A stretch of 27,817 bases of DNA from Desulfuromonadales bacterium (GCA_033549025.1 JAWSUS010000034.1:1-27817); one strand, 5' to 3'; numbered from the stretch's first letter, positions 1 through 9,704 are shown. The notes: a model not told the origin generated them from the letters alone. Made by a program: numbers and translations.

Positions 1-74
1 ATCTAACGCCATACGAAAAGTTGCTGGATCATTTCTATGGCTTAAAAGTGTAAACAACGCGTTCAGATCTAACA
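1..74 (+). mobile_element. IS481-family insertion sequence, right end (truncated by window start); terminal inverted repeat at 49-74
   Basis: The reverse complement of 49-74 (TGTTAGATCTGAACGCGTTGTTTACA) matches 27741-27766 (TGTAAGAAATTGACGCGTTGTTTACA) at 21/26. Termini are 5'-TGT...ACA-3', as is typical of the IS481 family. AT-rich relative to the host genes. Confidence 0.8.
3..53 (+). CDS. IS481-family transposase, C-terminal fragment (LTPYEKLLDHFYGLKV*)
   Basis: Frame 3 reads LTPYEKL..., resembling the 'TP.E.L' tail of IS481/IS3-type DDE transposases. The TAA stop (51-53) lies inside the terminal IR. Confidence 0.7.
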   Translation, partial: LTPYEKLLDHFYGLKV

Positions 75-217
75 ACTTACTATACTCAATCCCTTGACGC
101 TTTGCAAAGGTGTATGTTGCCAACGCCCTTGTTTTATAGGGCTAATTCCTTGACTGCCCCGACCCTTTGCATAATAATGGCCGTTTTAAAAGACTCCATC
201 GGAAAGGGGCTGTCCCC

Positions 218-1606
218 ATGGAAAAAAACGTCGCGGCCGTCATTTTGGCAGCGGGTCAGGGAACCCGCATGAAATCGAATAAACCCAAGGTGTTGCACCC
301 TGTTGCCGGGCAGCCCATGGTTTCCTATCCCGTCAATCTGGCGGCAGGCCTTGGCTGCCGACCGACCGTGCTGGTCGTGGGCCATGGTGCGGAGCAGGTT
401 CAGGCGGAACTGGCCGACAGCGAGGTTGTGTTTGCTCGCCAGGAGGAACAGCTGGGGACGGGGCATGCTCTGCTCTGCGCCCGCGAGGCCCTGCGCGATT
501 TCGAAGGGACCCTGCTTCTGCTCTGCGGCGATGTCCCCCTTCTGCGGGCCGAGACTCTCGAGCAGCTTCTCTCCTGGCACCATGCCCAGCAGGCGGCGGT
601 TACCGTGCTTACGGCCAATCTGGACGAGCCCCACGGCTACGGGCGCATTGTGCGGGAAGGAGAGCAGGTGCTGCGCATCGTCGAGGAGAAGGATGCCACC
701 GCCAGAGAAAAGGCCATCCACGAAATCAATACGGGCATTTATGCCATGGAAGTCCCCTGGGCTTTCGAGGCGCTACGCACGGTCGGCCGGGACAACGCCC
801 AGGGGGAATATTACCTGACGGACATCATCGCGGTCGCTCACCAGCAGGGGCTGGCCGTGAGCGCGCTACCGGTAGCGGATGCGACCGAAACCCTGGGCAT
901 CAACGATCGGGTGCAGCTGGCGACGGCCGATGCGCTCATGCGTCAGCGCCTCAATGAAAAACTGATGCGCGCCGGGGTGAGCTTCATCGACCCGGCGACC
1001 ACCTACGTCGATGCCCGCACCGAGATCGGGCCGGATACGGTGGTCTATCCCGGGGTGCATCTGCGCGGCGCCAACCGCATCGGGCGCGACTGCATTCTGG
1101 AGCCGGGAGTAATCATCACCGATTGCGTTCTCGGGGATGGCGTCCATGTCAAGGCGGGCTCGGTTCTGCAGGACAGCCGTGTGGGGGATGGTACCGATAT
1201 TGGCCCCATGGCCCATCTGCGGCCGGGTACGGAGCTGGCCGGCCGGAACAAGATCGGCAACTTCGTCGAAACCAAGAAGGCCGTCATCGGCCTGGGGTCC
1301 AAGGCCAGCCACCTGACCTATATCGGCGACGCCGAGGTCGGCGCCGAGGTCAACATTGGCTGCGGCACCATTACCTGCAACTATGACGGTGTCAACAAGC
1401 ACAAGACCATCATCGAGGACGGCGTTTTTGTCGGCAGCGACACCCAGTTCGTGGCCCCGGTACGCATCGGGCGCAACAGCCTCATCGGGGCCGGCTCGAC
1501 CATTACCAAAGATGTCCCCGCCGATGCCCTGGCGCTGTCGCGGAGCGAGCAGAAGGTGATTGAAGGCTGGGTACTGCGTCAGCGCAAGAAAAGTCGCAAG
1601 GATTAA
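218..1606 (+). CDS. glmU: Bifunctional UDP-N-acetylglucosamine pyrophosphorylase / glucosamine-1-phosphate N-acetyltransferase
   Basis: LAAGQGTRMKS motif, QLGTGHA, and hexapeptide-repeat C-terminus (NYDGVNKH). ATG 218 follows a GGAAAGGGG purine tract; the ORF-track start at 167 is probably too far upstream. Confidence 0.97.
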   Translation: MEKNVAAVILAAGQGTRMKSNKPKVLHPVAGQPMVSYPVNLAAGLGCRPTVLVVGHGAEQVQAELADSEVVFARQEEQLGTGHALLCAREALRDFEGTLLLLCGDVPLLRAETLEQLLSWHHAQQAAVTVLTANLDEPHGYGRIVREGEQVLRIVEEKDATAREKAIHEINTGIYAMEVPWAFEALRTVGRDNAQGEYYLTDIIAVAHQQGLAVSALPVADATETLGINDRVQLATADALMRQRLNEKLMRAGVSFIDPATTYVDARTEIGPDTVVYPGVHLRGANRIGRDCILEPGVIITDCVLGDGVHVKAGSVLQDSRVGDGTDIGPMAHLRPGTELAGRNKIGNFVETKKAVIGLGSKASHLTYIGDAEVGAEVNIGCGTITCNYDGVNKHKTIIEDGVFVGSDTQFVAPVRIGRNSLIGAGSTITKDVPADALALSRSEQKVIEGWVLRQRKKSRKD

Positions 1607-1671
1607 ACCCTGAGGCGGGAGGGGCTCTCCCTCGCTCCTTTTTACAATCTCAACTGGAGTTTACATAGATT

Positions 1672-3501
1672 ATGTGTGGAATTGTCGGTTACATCGGTTT
1701 TCAGGAAGCCACCCCCATCATCCTTGACGGCCTGCGCCGCCTCGAATATCGCGGTTATGACTCGGCCGGCATCGCCACCCTGGATGGTGGCAAGATAGAG
1801 ATACGTCGCGCCCGCGGCAAGCTGGTGAATCTCGAAAAAATCTTGCAGGAACGCCCCCTGGCCGGCGCCTGCGGCATTGGCCATACCCGCTGGGCCACTC
1901 ACGGCCGCCCTTCGGAAATCAACGCCCACCCCCATTACGCCGGCGGCATCGTCGTTGTCCATAACGGGATCATCGAAAACTATCTTCCCCTGAAAGAGAG
2001 GCTGCGCGCCCAGGGGCACAACTTCAGTTCGGAAACGGACACGGAGGTCATTGCCCACCTGGTGCATCAGCACTATGCCGAGTGCGCCGACTTCGAGACC
2101 GCCGTGCGGCGGGCGCTGGCCGAAGTACGCGGGGCCTACGCCGTCGCCATCCTGTGCGAGCAGGAGCCCGGCAAGCTCATTGCTGCCAAGCTCGGCTCGC
2201 CGCTGGTGCTGGGGCAGGGGCAGGGCGAGTTCTTCGTGGCCTCCGACATCCCGGCCATGCTCTCCCATACCCGGGAGATGATCTTTCTGGAGGATGGGGA
2301 ATTGGCGGTCTTCGCCGACGGGCGTATGCAGGTGACAACTCTGGCCGGCGACATTCTGCAGAAGACGGTCAAGACCATTACCTGGAGCCCCCTGATGGCG
2401 GAAAAAGGGGGGTACAAGCACTTCATGCTCAAGGAGATTTTCGAGCAGCCCCGGGCTATCGCCGATACGCTGGCCGGCCGTTTGCGCGACGAGGCGGGGG
2501 ATGTCTATCTCGAAGACCTCCAGCTGGGCGATGAGGAGCTGCGGCAGATCGACAAGCTGACCATCGTCGCCTGCGGCACCTCCTGGCATGCCGGACTGGT
2601 GGGCAAATTTCTCATCGAAAAGCTGGCACGGCTGCCGGTGGAAGTCGATATCGCCAGTGAATTCCGCTATCGCGACCCCATCGTCAACGAGCGCATTCTG
2701 ACCATTCTCATCAGCCAGAGCGGAGAAACGGCCGACACCCTGGCGGCCCTGCGGGAAGCCAAGAGCAAGGGCGGCAAAGTCGTGGCCGTCTGCAATGTGG
2801 TCGAATCGTCCATCGCTCGCGAGAGCGACGGCGTGATCTACACCCACGCCGGGCCCGAGATCGGCGTCGCTTCCACCAAGGCCTTCACCACCCAGCTGGT
2901 GGCGCTGAACCTGCTGGCTATCCGCCTCGGACGGGCGTTGGGAACCCTGGAGGCCGAGGCGGCCCGTTCTCTCATCGCCGCTTTGACCACGCTGCCGCGC
3001 AAAGTCGAGGATACCCTCGAATTGGACAAGGAGCTGCAGGCGGTCGCCCAGAATTTCATGAATGCCCGCGATTTCCTTTACCTCGGCCGGGGCAACCAGT
3101 ATCCCGTCGCCCTGGAAGGCGCCCTCAAGCTCAAGGAAATCTCCTATATCCATGCCGAAGGCTATCCCGCCGGCGAAATGAAGCACGGTCCCATCGCCCT
3201 TATCGACGAAAATCTGCCGGTGGTGGTCGTCGCCCCCCACAATGAGACCTTCGAAAAAGTCGTCTCCAATATGGAGGAGGTCCGGGCCCGTTCCGGGCGC
3301 ATCATTGCCATCGGCACGGCGGGCGGACCCGATCTTTCCGGGGTGGCCGATGTGGTGCTTTCTGTGCCGGAGATAGCCGATGAACTCTTGCCCATCCTGA
3401 CCTCCGTGCCTTTGCAGCTGCTGGCCTACCATGTGGCTGTCTCGAAAGGAACGGACGTCGATCAGCCCCGCAACCTGGCCAAAAGCGTTACCGTGGAGTA
3501 A
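1672..3501 (+). CDS. glmS: Glutamine-fructose-6-phosphate aminotransferase
   Basis: N-terminal [35 protein letters not shown] and C-terminal [11 protein letters not shown]. Confidence 0.98.
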   Translation: MCGIVGYIGFQEATPIILDGLRRLEYRGYDSAGIATLDGGKIEIRRARGKLVNLEKILQERPLAGACGIGHTRWATHGRPSEINAHPHYAGGIVVVHNGIIENYLPLKERLRAQGHNFSSETDTEVIAHLVHQHYAECADFETAVRRALAEVRGAYAVAILCEQEPGKLIAAKLGSPLVLGQGQGEFFVASDIPAMLSHTREMIFLEDGELAVFADGRMQVTTLAGDILQKTVKTITWSPLMAEKGGYKHFMLKEIFEQPRAIADTLAGRLRDEAGDVYLEDLQLGDEELRQIDKLTIVACGTSWHAGLVGKFLIEKLARLPVEVDIASEFRYRDPIVNERILTILISQSGETADTLAALREAKSKGGKVVAVCNVVESSIARESDGVIYTHAGPEIGVASTKAFTTQLVALNLLAIRLGRALGTLEAEAARSLIAALTTLPRKVEDTLELDKELQAVAQNFMNARDFLYLGRGNQYPVALEGALKLKEISYIHAEGYPAGEMKHGPIALIDENLPVVVVAPHNETFEKVVSNMEEVRARSGRIIAIGTAGGPDLSGVADVVLSVPEIADELLPILTSVPLQLLAYHVAVSKGTDVDQPRNLAKSVTVE

Positions 3502-3506
3502 GAATC

Positions 3507-5303
3507 TTGCGTATTCGAAAGAGATGGCTCTTTGCCTGGCTGCGCCGCCGCAGCACCGCTTTTCTCAGCCACTTCCGCATCAGCGAAAACACCTTCATGG
3601 CCACCCTGGCGGTGGTCATCGGCCTGCTCTCGGGGCTTGGCAACTACGCCTTCCGCAAGACCATCGATTTTTTTCACTGGCTGATCTTCGAGCACGGCGG
3701 CGCCCTGTTGGGCATCTCGATGACGGAGTGGAGCTGGAGCCGGTTGCTGCTGGTCTTTTTTCCGGTCATCGGCGGGCTGCTGCTGATTCCTTTCGGGCTC
3801 TTTTTCGCCCGGGACATGCGTTATGGTTTTCCCGCCTTTCTGGAGCAAGTCAATCTGCGCGGCGCCAAGATTCCCGGTCGTACTATTTTTACCCGCGGAC
3901 TGGCCAGCGCCATCACCATAGGCACCGGTGGCTCGGCCGGACAGGAAGGGCCCATCGCCCAGATCGGCGGGGCCATCGGCAGCCAGTTCGGCCAGGCCTT
4001 TAAAATGAGCGGTGACCGTCTCAAGGTGCTGGTGGCCTGCGGGGTGTCGGGCGGCGTGGCCGCCACCTTCAATGCCCCCATCGCCGGCGTTTTTTTCGCC
4101 CAGGAAATCGTCCTGCTTTCCTCTTTCGAGCTCTCCAGCTTCACCTCCATCGTCATTGCCAGCGGCATGAGTACCGTCGTTTCCCGCGCCCTGCTCGGCA
4201 ACGTGCCGGCCTTCGCCGTACCCCCCTATGTCATGGGCAGCGCCTGGGAAATAGCCCTCTATGTTTTGCTGGGCATGATTATCGGTGTGCTGGCGGCCGG
4301 TTTTATCGATGTTCATTTCCGCGTCAAGGAAGTCTTTGACAAGCTGCGTCTGCCCCCCCTGGCCAAGCCGATTTTTGGCGGTCTGCTCGTTGGTGTCATC
4401 GGCGTTTTTTTTCCGGCGGTGTTCGGCAACGGCTACGAATTCATGGAAGCGGTCATGCACGGCGAAGGGCTGTGGTACCTGCTGGCCGCGCTCATCCTGA
4501 TGAAGGCGCTGGCCACGTCCATCACTCTGGGCAGCGGTTTGCCCGGCGGCCTCTTTGCCCCTTCCCTCTATATCGGCGCCGTCACAGGCGGCGCGTTCGG
4601 CAAGCTGGCCCAGATTATTTTCCCGTCGGTGGCCGCTTCGCCGGGCGCCTACGCGCTGGTGGGCATGGGGGCTTTCCTGTCGGCGGCCACCCATGCGCCC
4701 ATGACCGCCATCTTCCTGCTCTTCGAGATGACCGCTTCCTACGAGGTCATCATCCCCATCATGCTCTCCTGCGTCATCGGCACCGCCATCAGCCGCCACT
4801 TCAAGAAGGACAGCCTGGACACGGTGGAACTGTCCCGGGCCGGCATCAATCTGGAGGCGGGCAAGGAACGCAACATCATGAAGTCGATCAAGGTGCGCGA
4901 GGTCATGAGCGGTGCCCCCGAATCGATTCCGGAGAACATGACCCTGGGGCAGTTCGCCAATTTCACCGCCACCACCCGCCACACCAATTTTCCCCTGGTA
5001 AACGGCGCGGGGGAGCTGACCGGGATCATTTCCGTGCAGGATTTCATGGGGGTCGTCTTCGAGCGTGACCTGCGGGATCTTATTGTGGTGAAAGAGCTGG
5101 CGACTCTCGACGTCATCACCGTCACCGAGGATGAAGATCTCGATCAGGCCATGCGCAAGATCGGCTACCGCAACATCGAACAGTTGCCGGTGGTGGACCG
5201 GGAGGGGAGCAACAGGCTGGTGGGGATCATCTCCCGGCGGGACATGGTCGCCGCTTACAATCGGGCCCTGATGACCCGTACCCTGGAGGACACTGATGAT
5301 TGA
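3507..5303 (+). CDS. ClC-family anion channel/transporter with C-terminal CBS pair
   Basis: GGSAGQEGP, FNAPIAG, GGLFAP, many TM helices and two CBS-like repeats. The TTG start 5 nt after the glmS stop is uncertain. Confidence 0.92.
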   Translation: MRIRKRWLFAWLRRRSTAFLSHFRISENTFMATLAVVIGLLSGLGNYAFRKTIDFFHWLIFEHGGALLGISMTEWSWSRLLLVFFPVIGGLLLIPFGLFFARDMRYGFPAFLEQVNLRGAKIPGRTIFTRGLASAITIGTGGSAGQEGPIAQIGGAIGSQFGQAFKMSGDRLKVLVACGVSGGVAATFNAPIAGVFFAQEIVLLSSFELSSFTSIVIASGMSTVVSRALLGNVPAFAVPPYVMGSAWEIALYVLLGMIIGVLAAGFIDVHFRVKEVFDKLRLPPLAKPIFGGLLVGVIGVFFPAVFGNGYEFMEAVMHGEGLWYLLAALILMKALATSITLGSGLPGGLFAPSLYIGAVTGGAFGKLAQIIFPSVAASPGAYALVGMGAFLSAATHAPMTAIFLLFEMTASYEVIIPIMLSCVIGTAISRHFKKDSLDTVELSRAGINLEAGKERNIMKSIKVREVMSGAPESIPENMTLGQFANFTATTRHTNFPLVNGAGELTGIISVQDFMGVVFERDLRDLIVVKELATLDVITVTEDEDLDQAMRKIGYRNIEQLPVVDREGSNRLVGIISRRDMVAAYNRALMTRTLEDTDD

Positions 5304-7491
5304 TCTGCTGGCCGGGCTCAACGCCCCGCAGCGGCAGGCGGTGGAACAGACCGAGGGTCCTCTGCTCATTCTGGCCGGAGCCGGCTCGGGCAAGACGCGC
5401 ACCCTCATCCATCGCATCGCCTACCTGCTACACGAAAAGAAGGTCGCTCCCTGGGAAATTCTCGCCGTCACCTTCACCAACAAGGCCGCCGCCGAAATGA
5501 AGGAGCGCCTGGAACGCCTGCTCGGGCAGGAGGAACTCCCCTGGGTCGCTACCTTTCATGCTACCTGCGTGCGCATCCTGCGCCGTGAAATCGGTGCCCT
5601 GGGGTTCACCACCAACTTCACGATCTACGATGACCAGGATCAGCTGCGCCTGCTCAAGGATATCCTCAAGGAGCTGCACATCCCCGAAAAGGTGGCCAAG
5701 GAGCGCGCCGCCGCCACCTTCATCGACCAGTGCAAGAATCGGGGGCTTTTTCCGGCTGAACTGGAGGGGCAGGATTCCCGGGACGAGACCCTGATCCGGG
5801 TCTATGAGCTGTACCAGAGGAAGATGAAGCAGGCCAACGCCCTGGACTTCGGCGACCTCATCCTCTACACCATCGCCCTTTTCGAAAAGCATCCCGAGGT
5901 GCTCGACCGCTACCGTCGCCGTTTCCGCTACATCCTGGTGGATGAGTTCCAGGACACCAATCAGGTGCAGTACCGGCTGGTGAAGCTGCTGGCTTCGGGC
6001 TATGGCAATCTGTGCGTGGTCGGCGACGACGACCAGTCCATTTATGCCTGGCGGGGGGCCGAGATCAGCAATATCCTCGGTTTCGACCGGGACTTTCCCG
6101 GCACCCAGGTCATCCGTCTGGAGCAGAACTACCGCTCCACCACCACCGTCCTGGAGGCGGCCGGCCATGTGGTTGCTCGCAACGCCGGCCGCAAAGGCAA
6201 GACTCTGTGGACGGAAAATCCGGAGGGCGAAAAGATCACCCTGGAAGCCCTGGCCGATGACCTGGAAGAAGCCCGCTATGTCGCCGGCGAAATCGCCCGC
6301 CTGAAGAAGTCTGGCCGCCCCCTGCGGGACGTCGCTGTCTTCTATCGCACCAATGTGCAGTCCCGCGTTCTGGAAGAAGCCCTGCGCAGCCAGGGGCTGC
6401 CCTACGTCATGTTTGGTGGCCTGAAATTCTACAGCCGCATGGAGATTAAAGACGTCCTGGCCTATTTGCGAGTGCTCGTCAATCCGGCCGACTCGGTCTC
6501 GGCCCGGCGCATTATCAACGTGCCGACGCGGGGCATCGGCGCCGCCACCGTTGAGCGGATCGGTCAGTACGAGGAAGAGGCCGGCGGCTTTCTGCCCGCT
6601 TGCCGAGCGGCTTTGGATCATGGCGCAATCCGGGGCGCCGCTGCCAAGAGGGTCGGCGAGTTCGTGGCCCTCATGGACGATTACCGCGCCCGCCTGGAGC
6701 ACATGCCTTACCCCGCCCTGACGGCAGCGCTCATCGATGACAGTGGCTACGGGCCGATGCTGCGGGACGAGCGCACGGAAGAGGCGCGGGGCAGGCTGGA
6801 AAACCTGGAGCAGTTGCTGGCCGGCATGGAGGAACATTACGGCTCGGAAGGGACTCTGCAGGAATATCTGGAGCAGGTTTCTCTCATCACCGATCTCGAC
6901 TCCTACGATCCCAGCCTTGACCGCGTCACCCTCATGACCCTGCACGCCGCCAAAGGGTTGGAGTTTCCCGTCGTCTTCATGACCGGCATGGAAGAGGGGC
7001 TCTTCCCCCATGCCCGTATGGGCGCCGATGACGGCGACGTTGAGGAGGAACGCCGTCTCTGCTATGTGGGGATGACCCGGGCCATGGAGAAGCTCTACCT
7101 CACTCAGGCCCGCCGACGCCGGGTTTACGGCAGTTTTCAGTTCAATCCCCCCAGCCGTTTTCTAGAAGAAATTCCCCCTTCGCTGCTGGCCGGCAGCGAG
7201 TCGCCGTCCCTGAAAAAGCCGGCGCAGCACAACCTGGCCTCCATCTTTGAACAGATGGAGCCGGCGCCCTTTGCCGATGAGGAAGAGGATTTTTTCGAAG
7301 AGGAGGTGCGTGTCGTTCCCGAGGCCGAAGAGGGCTTGCGTATCGGCACCCGCGTCCGTCACGTCAAATTCGGCGTCGGCACGGTGCGGCGCCTGGAAGG
7401 GAGCGGCGACAACCAGAAGGTCATCGTCTACTTCAATACGGTGGGCCCCAAAAAGCTCCTGCTCAAGTTCGCCGGGCTGGAGCCGGCCTAA
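5296..7491 (+). CDS. pcrA: ATP-dependent DNA helicase UvrD/PcrA
   Basis: AGAGSGKT, VDEFQDTN, VGDDDQSIYAWRGA, LEQNYRS, TLHAAKGLEF, EERRLCYVGMTRA and a C-terminal Tudor-like domain (RVRHVKFGVG). Confidence 0.95.
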   Translation: MIDLLAGLNAPQRQAVEQTEGPLLILAGAGSGKTRTLIHRIAYLLHEKKVAPWEILAVTFTNKAAAEMKERLERLLGQEELPWVATFHATCVRILRREIGALGFTTNFTIYDDQDQLRLLKDILKELHIPEKVAKERAAATFIDQCKNRGLFPAELEGQDSRDETLIRVYELYQRKMKQANALDFGDLILYTIALFEKHPEVLDRYRRRFRYILVDEFQDTNQVQYRLVKLLASGYGNLCVVGDDDQSIYAWRGAEISNILGFDRDFPGTQVIRLEQNYRSTTTVLEAAGHVVARNAGRKGKTLWTENPEGEKITLEALADDLEEARYVAGEIARLKKSGRPLRDVAVFYRTNVQSRVLEEALRSQGLPYVMFGGLKFYSRMEIKDVLAYLRVLVNPADSVSARRIINVPTRGIGAATVERIGQYEEEAGGFLPACRAALDHGAIRGAAAKRVGEFVALMDDYRARLEHMPYPALTAALIDDSGYGPMLRDERTEEARGRLENLEQLLAGMEEHYGSEGTLQEYLEQVSLITDLDSYDPSLDRVTLMTLHAAKGLEFPVVFMTGMEEGLFPHARMGADDGDVEEERRLCYVGMTRAMEKLYLTQARRRRVYGSFQFNPPSRFLEEIPPSLLAGSESPSLKKPAQHNLASIFEQMEPAPFADEEEDFFEEEVRVVPEAEEGLRIGTRVRHVKFGVGTVRRLEGSGDNQKVIVYFNTVGPKKLLLKFAGLEPA

Positions 7492-7493
7492 AG

Positions 7494-8168
7494 TCAGGGC
7501 AGTCTACTCACCAGACGGGTCGAGGCTTCGCGCACGACCTGCCGAAAAGTGATGGGTTTTTCCTGAAAGGTGTCGTAGGCGAAATTCACCTCGTCCATCC
7601 CTTCCCAGACGATGCTGCCGTCCCAGCTGTCCCAGACGGAGAGAAAAAGGCGGATATTGCCCGACTTGGTCTGGAAGAGCCGCAGGCCGAAGAAGCTGAG
7701 CCGGCTCTGGCTGCTCTGGGAGAAATTGGCCAGTTTGAGCTGGGCCAGATAACGGTGTCCGGTCATCTTCCCCACTTTCATCAGCGCGTCCTGCTTGAAT
7801 ATCCCGGTAAAGTGATACTCTTCGAACATGCTGCGGTATTCCGTCGCCATGCCATTGCGATTGATGTGGCCGATGGTTTCCGACAGGGTGGACAGGGGGA
7901 TGTCGGGGCGATGTTTCTCCAAGGCCAGGGCAAAGATCAGGGCCACGCTCTGCCGGTCCTCTTCCTGGCCGGTGACGGAGGTGGGAGTGATGACGGCGAG
8001 GCCATAGGTTTCCAGTTGTTTTGCTTCGAGGGATACGTTGTGGGTCTGCGCCGTGCCGTCAATCTGTTTGAGGCAGCCGCTGAATGAGAGGGCGGCCAGA
8101 ACACTCAACAGAAGAGTCAGGGCGCGCGTAAGCTTCAGAGGGCGGGTGAGTCTGCTGGCGTATCGCAT
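7494..8168 (-). CDS. Putative lipoprotein, function unknown
   Basis: ATG 8168 preceded by AGGGAGG; basic N-terminus, hydrophobic stretch and lipobox-like FSGC. Confidence 0.75.
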   Translation of the reverse strand: MRYASRLTRPLKLTRALTLLLSVLAALSFSGCLKQIDGTAQTHNVSLEAKQLETYGLAVITPTSVTGQEEDRQSVALIFALALEKHRPDIPLSTLSETIGHINRNGMATEYRSMFEEYHFTGIFKQDALMKVGKMTGHRYLAQLKLANFSQSSQSRLSFFGLRLFQTKSGNIRLFLSVWDSWDGSIVWEGMDEVNFAYDTFQEKPITFRQVVREASTRLVSRLP

Positions 8169-8261
8169 AGTAGCCTCCCTGGCACGAAGGGCAGCGAATC
8201 TCTTGCCATTAATTATACACCCTTCTGGCCGTCTCACCGGCTCCGGCGGTAACAGACCTTG

Positions 8262-8302
8262 AAAAAAACGCCCCGCAGGAAAGACGATTCCTGCGGGGCG
8301 TT
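8262..8302 (-). terminator. Rho-independent terminator after the aminotransferase
   Basis: Stem AACGCCCCGCAGGAA/TTCCTGCGGGGCGTT ending in a T7 run on the minus strand. Confidence 0.9.
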
Positions 8303-8321
8303 GTGATGTCGCGGACTATTT

Positions 8322-9398
8322 TCAGCTGCGGGCGTCAGGCAGAAGCTCCTCCAGCAGGGTGAACAATTCCTCCAGGTCGGCCGGGGTGAAGTCGGCCATG
8401 TGCGGAATGCGGAAGGTCTTGTTCTTGATTTTGCCGTAGCCGTTGTCAATGGCGTAGCCCCGCTCGCTGGCCAGCTTTTTCAGCTTCTCGAGGTCGGTGC
8501 GCTGGTCGTTTTGCCCGGCGGTCAGGGTCAGGGAGCGGTAGCCCTCGGCGGCGAAGAGACCGAATCCCTGCGCCTGGATCCACTGGCGGGTCATCTCGGC
8601 CATCTGCCGGTGGCGGGCGTAACGGTTGTCGAGCCCTTCTGTCATCATTTTGGCGAGCTGGTGGTCAAGGGCGTAGATGAGGCTGATGCAGGGAGTGCTG
8701 GGGGTGTTGTCCTTGAGGTCGTTCTGCTCGAACTCTTCGAAGTCGAAGTAGTAGCCGCGATTGGGCGTTGTCTTGGCCTTGTCGAGAGCCCGGCGCGATA
8801 CGGCGAAGACGGCCAGCCCCGGTGGCAGACCGAAAGCCTTCTGCACGCCGGCCAGGCAGACGTCGGTCTGCAGGGCGGCCAGGTCGATCGGGACGGCGCT
8901 CATGGAGGAGACGGTGTCGACGATAAAGGAGACCTCAGGATATTTCTTCATGACGTCGGCAATCTCGGCCAGAGGGGACATGACGCCGGTGGAAGTCTCG
9001 TTGTGAACGACGGTCATGGCGTCGTACTTGCCGCTGGCCAGGGCGCTGTCGACCATTTCCGGCGTAATGGGCTGCCCCCATTCGGCGCTGAACAGATCAG
9101 CTTCGAGCCCGCAGCGGCGGGTGACGTCGTGCCATTTGGCGCTGAAGGCGCCGTTGGCGAAGTTGGCGCAGCGCTTCTGCACCAGATTGCGCACAGCCCC
9201 TTCCATGACCCCGAAGGCGCTGGAGGTGCTGAGAAAAACGGGATCGCTGGTATTGAGAAGCGTCTTGAGGGCCCGGGTCACCCGCTGATGCAGGACAGCG
9301 TATTCTTTCATGCGGTGCCCGATCATGGGAGCGCACATGGCCTCCATGACGTCGCGACTGACTTCTACCGGTCCGGGGATGTAAAGTTTCTTGCCCAT
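8322..9398 (-). CDS. Class V PLP-dependent aminotransferase (alanine/serine-glyoxylate or phosphoserine aminotransferase-like)
   Basis: MGKKLYIPGPV start with AAGGAG RBS (9408-9413); HNETSTG, VDTVSS and PLP lysine in GVQKAFGLPPG. Confidence 0.93.
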   Translation of the reverse strand: MGKKLYIPGPVEVSRDVMEAMCAPMIGHRMKEYAVLHQRVTRALKTLLNTSDPVFLSTSSAFGVMEGAVRNLVQKRCANFANGAFSAKWHDVTRRCGLEADLFSAEWGQPITPEMVDSALASGKYDAMTVVHNETSTGVMSPLAEIADVMKKYPEVSFIVDTVSSMSAVPIDLAALQTDVCLAGVQKAFGLPPGLAVFAVSRRALDKAKTTPNRGYYFDFEEFEQNDLKDNTPSTPCISLIYALDHQLAKMMTEGLDNRYARHRQMAEMTRQWIQAQGFGLFAAEGYRSLTLTAGQNDQRTDLEKLKKLASERGYAIDNGYGKIKNKTFRIPHMADFTPADLEELFTLLEELLPDARS

Positions 9399-9430
9399 CG
9401 TCGAGGTCTCCTTACTCGTAGGGACAAAAT

Positions 9431-9470
9431 AAAAAACGCCTGGCTCCAGTGATGATGGGGAGCCCAGGCG
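9431..9470 (-). terminator. Riboswitch expression-platform terminator
   Basis: Minus strand CGCCTGGGCTCC-N11-GGAGCCAGGCG-TTTTTT; the 5' arm overlaps P3 and the pseudoknot of the aptamer. Confidence 0.88.
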
Positions 9471-9539
9471 AACGGCTGACCGGGCCTTGATATCCTGCTC
9501 CCCGGTGGTGTCCCACCTTTCGCCAGTCACAGGAGGCCC
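9462..9539 (-). promoter_or_regulatory. ZMP/ZTP (pfl) riboswitch aptamer
   Basis: Minus strand CCTGTGACTGGCGAAAGGTGGGACACCACCGGGGAGCAGG-linker-GCCGTTCGCCTGGGC matches the pfl motif: P1 CCTG/CAGG, P2 GGTGG/CCACC, P3 GCC/GGC, pseudoknot GGCGA/TCGCC. Confidence 0.93.
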
Positions 9540-9676
9540 TTGAATTGTTCGGTTAATCTGGCGACTCATTAGCATATCCGCCGGGGCGCTGTCAAGCCGT
9601 TCGCGCCGACTGTCGCCCCGTTTCAGGCAAATGGCGGGGATGGGTCGGACGGTTGAGAATTTTCTGGAGAAACCCC

Positions 9677-9704
9677 TTGACATTCTATCTGAGCTGATTA
9701 TATT
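9677..9704 (+). promoter_or_regulatory. Sigma70-type promoter of groESL
   Basis: TTGACA (9677-9682), 16-bp spacer, TATATT (9699-9704), immediately upstream of CIRCE. Confidence 0.75.

Noticed and set aside
1642..7011. Long antisense ORFs opposite glmS, clc and pcrA (and likewise opposite groEL, larA and the kinase)
   Set aside because: Typical shadow frames of GC-rich codon usage; no recognisable motifs, and they fully overlap well-supported genes.
9430..9570. Initially considered as 6S RNA or a c-di-GMP/cGAMP riboswitch
   Set aside because: The sequence matches the ZTP (pfl) consensus and lacks GEMM or 6S features.
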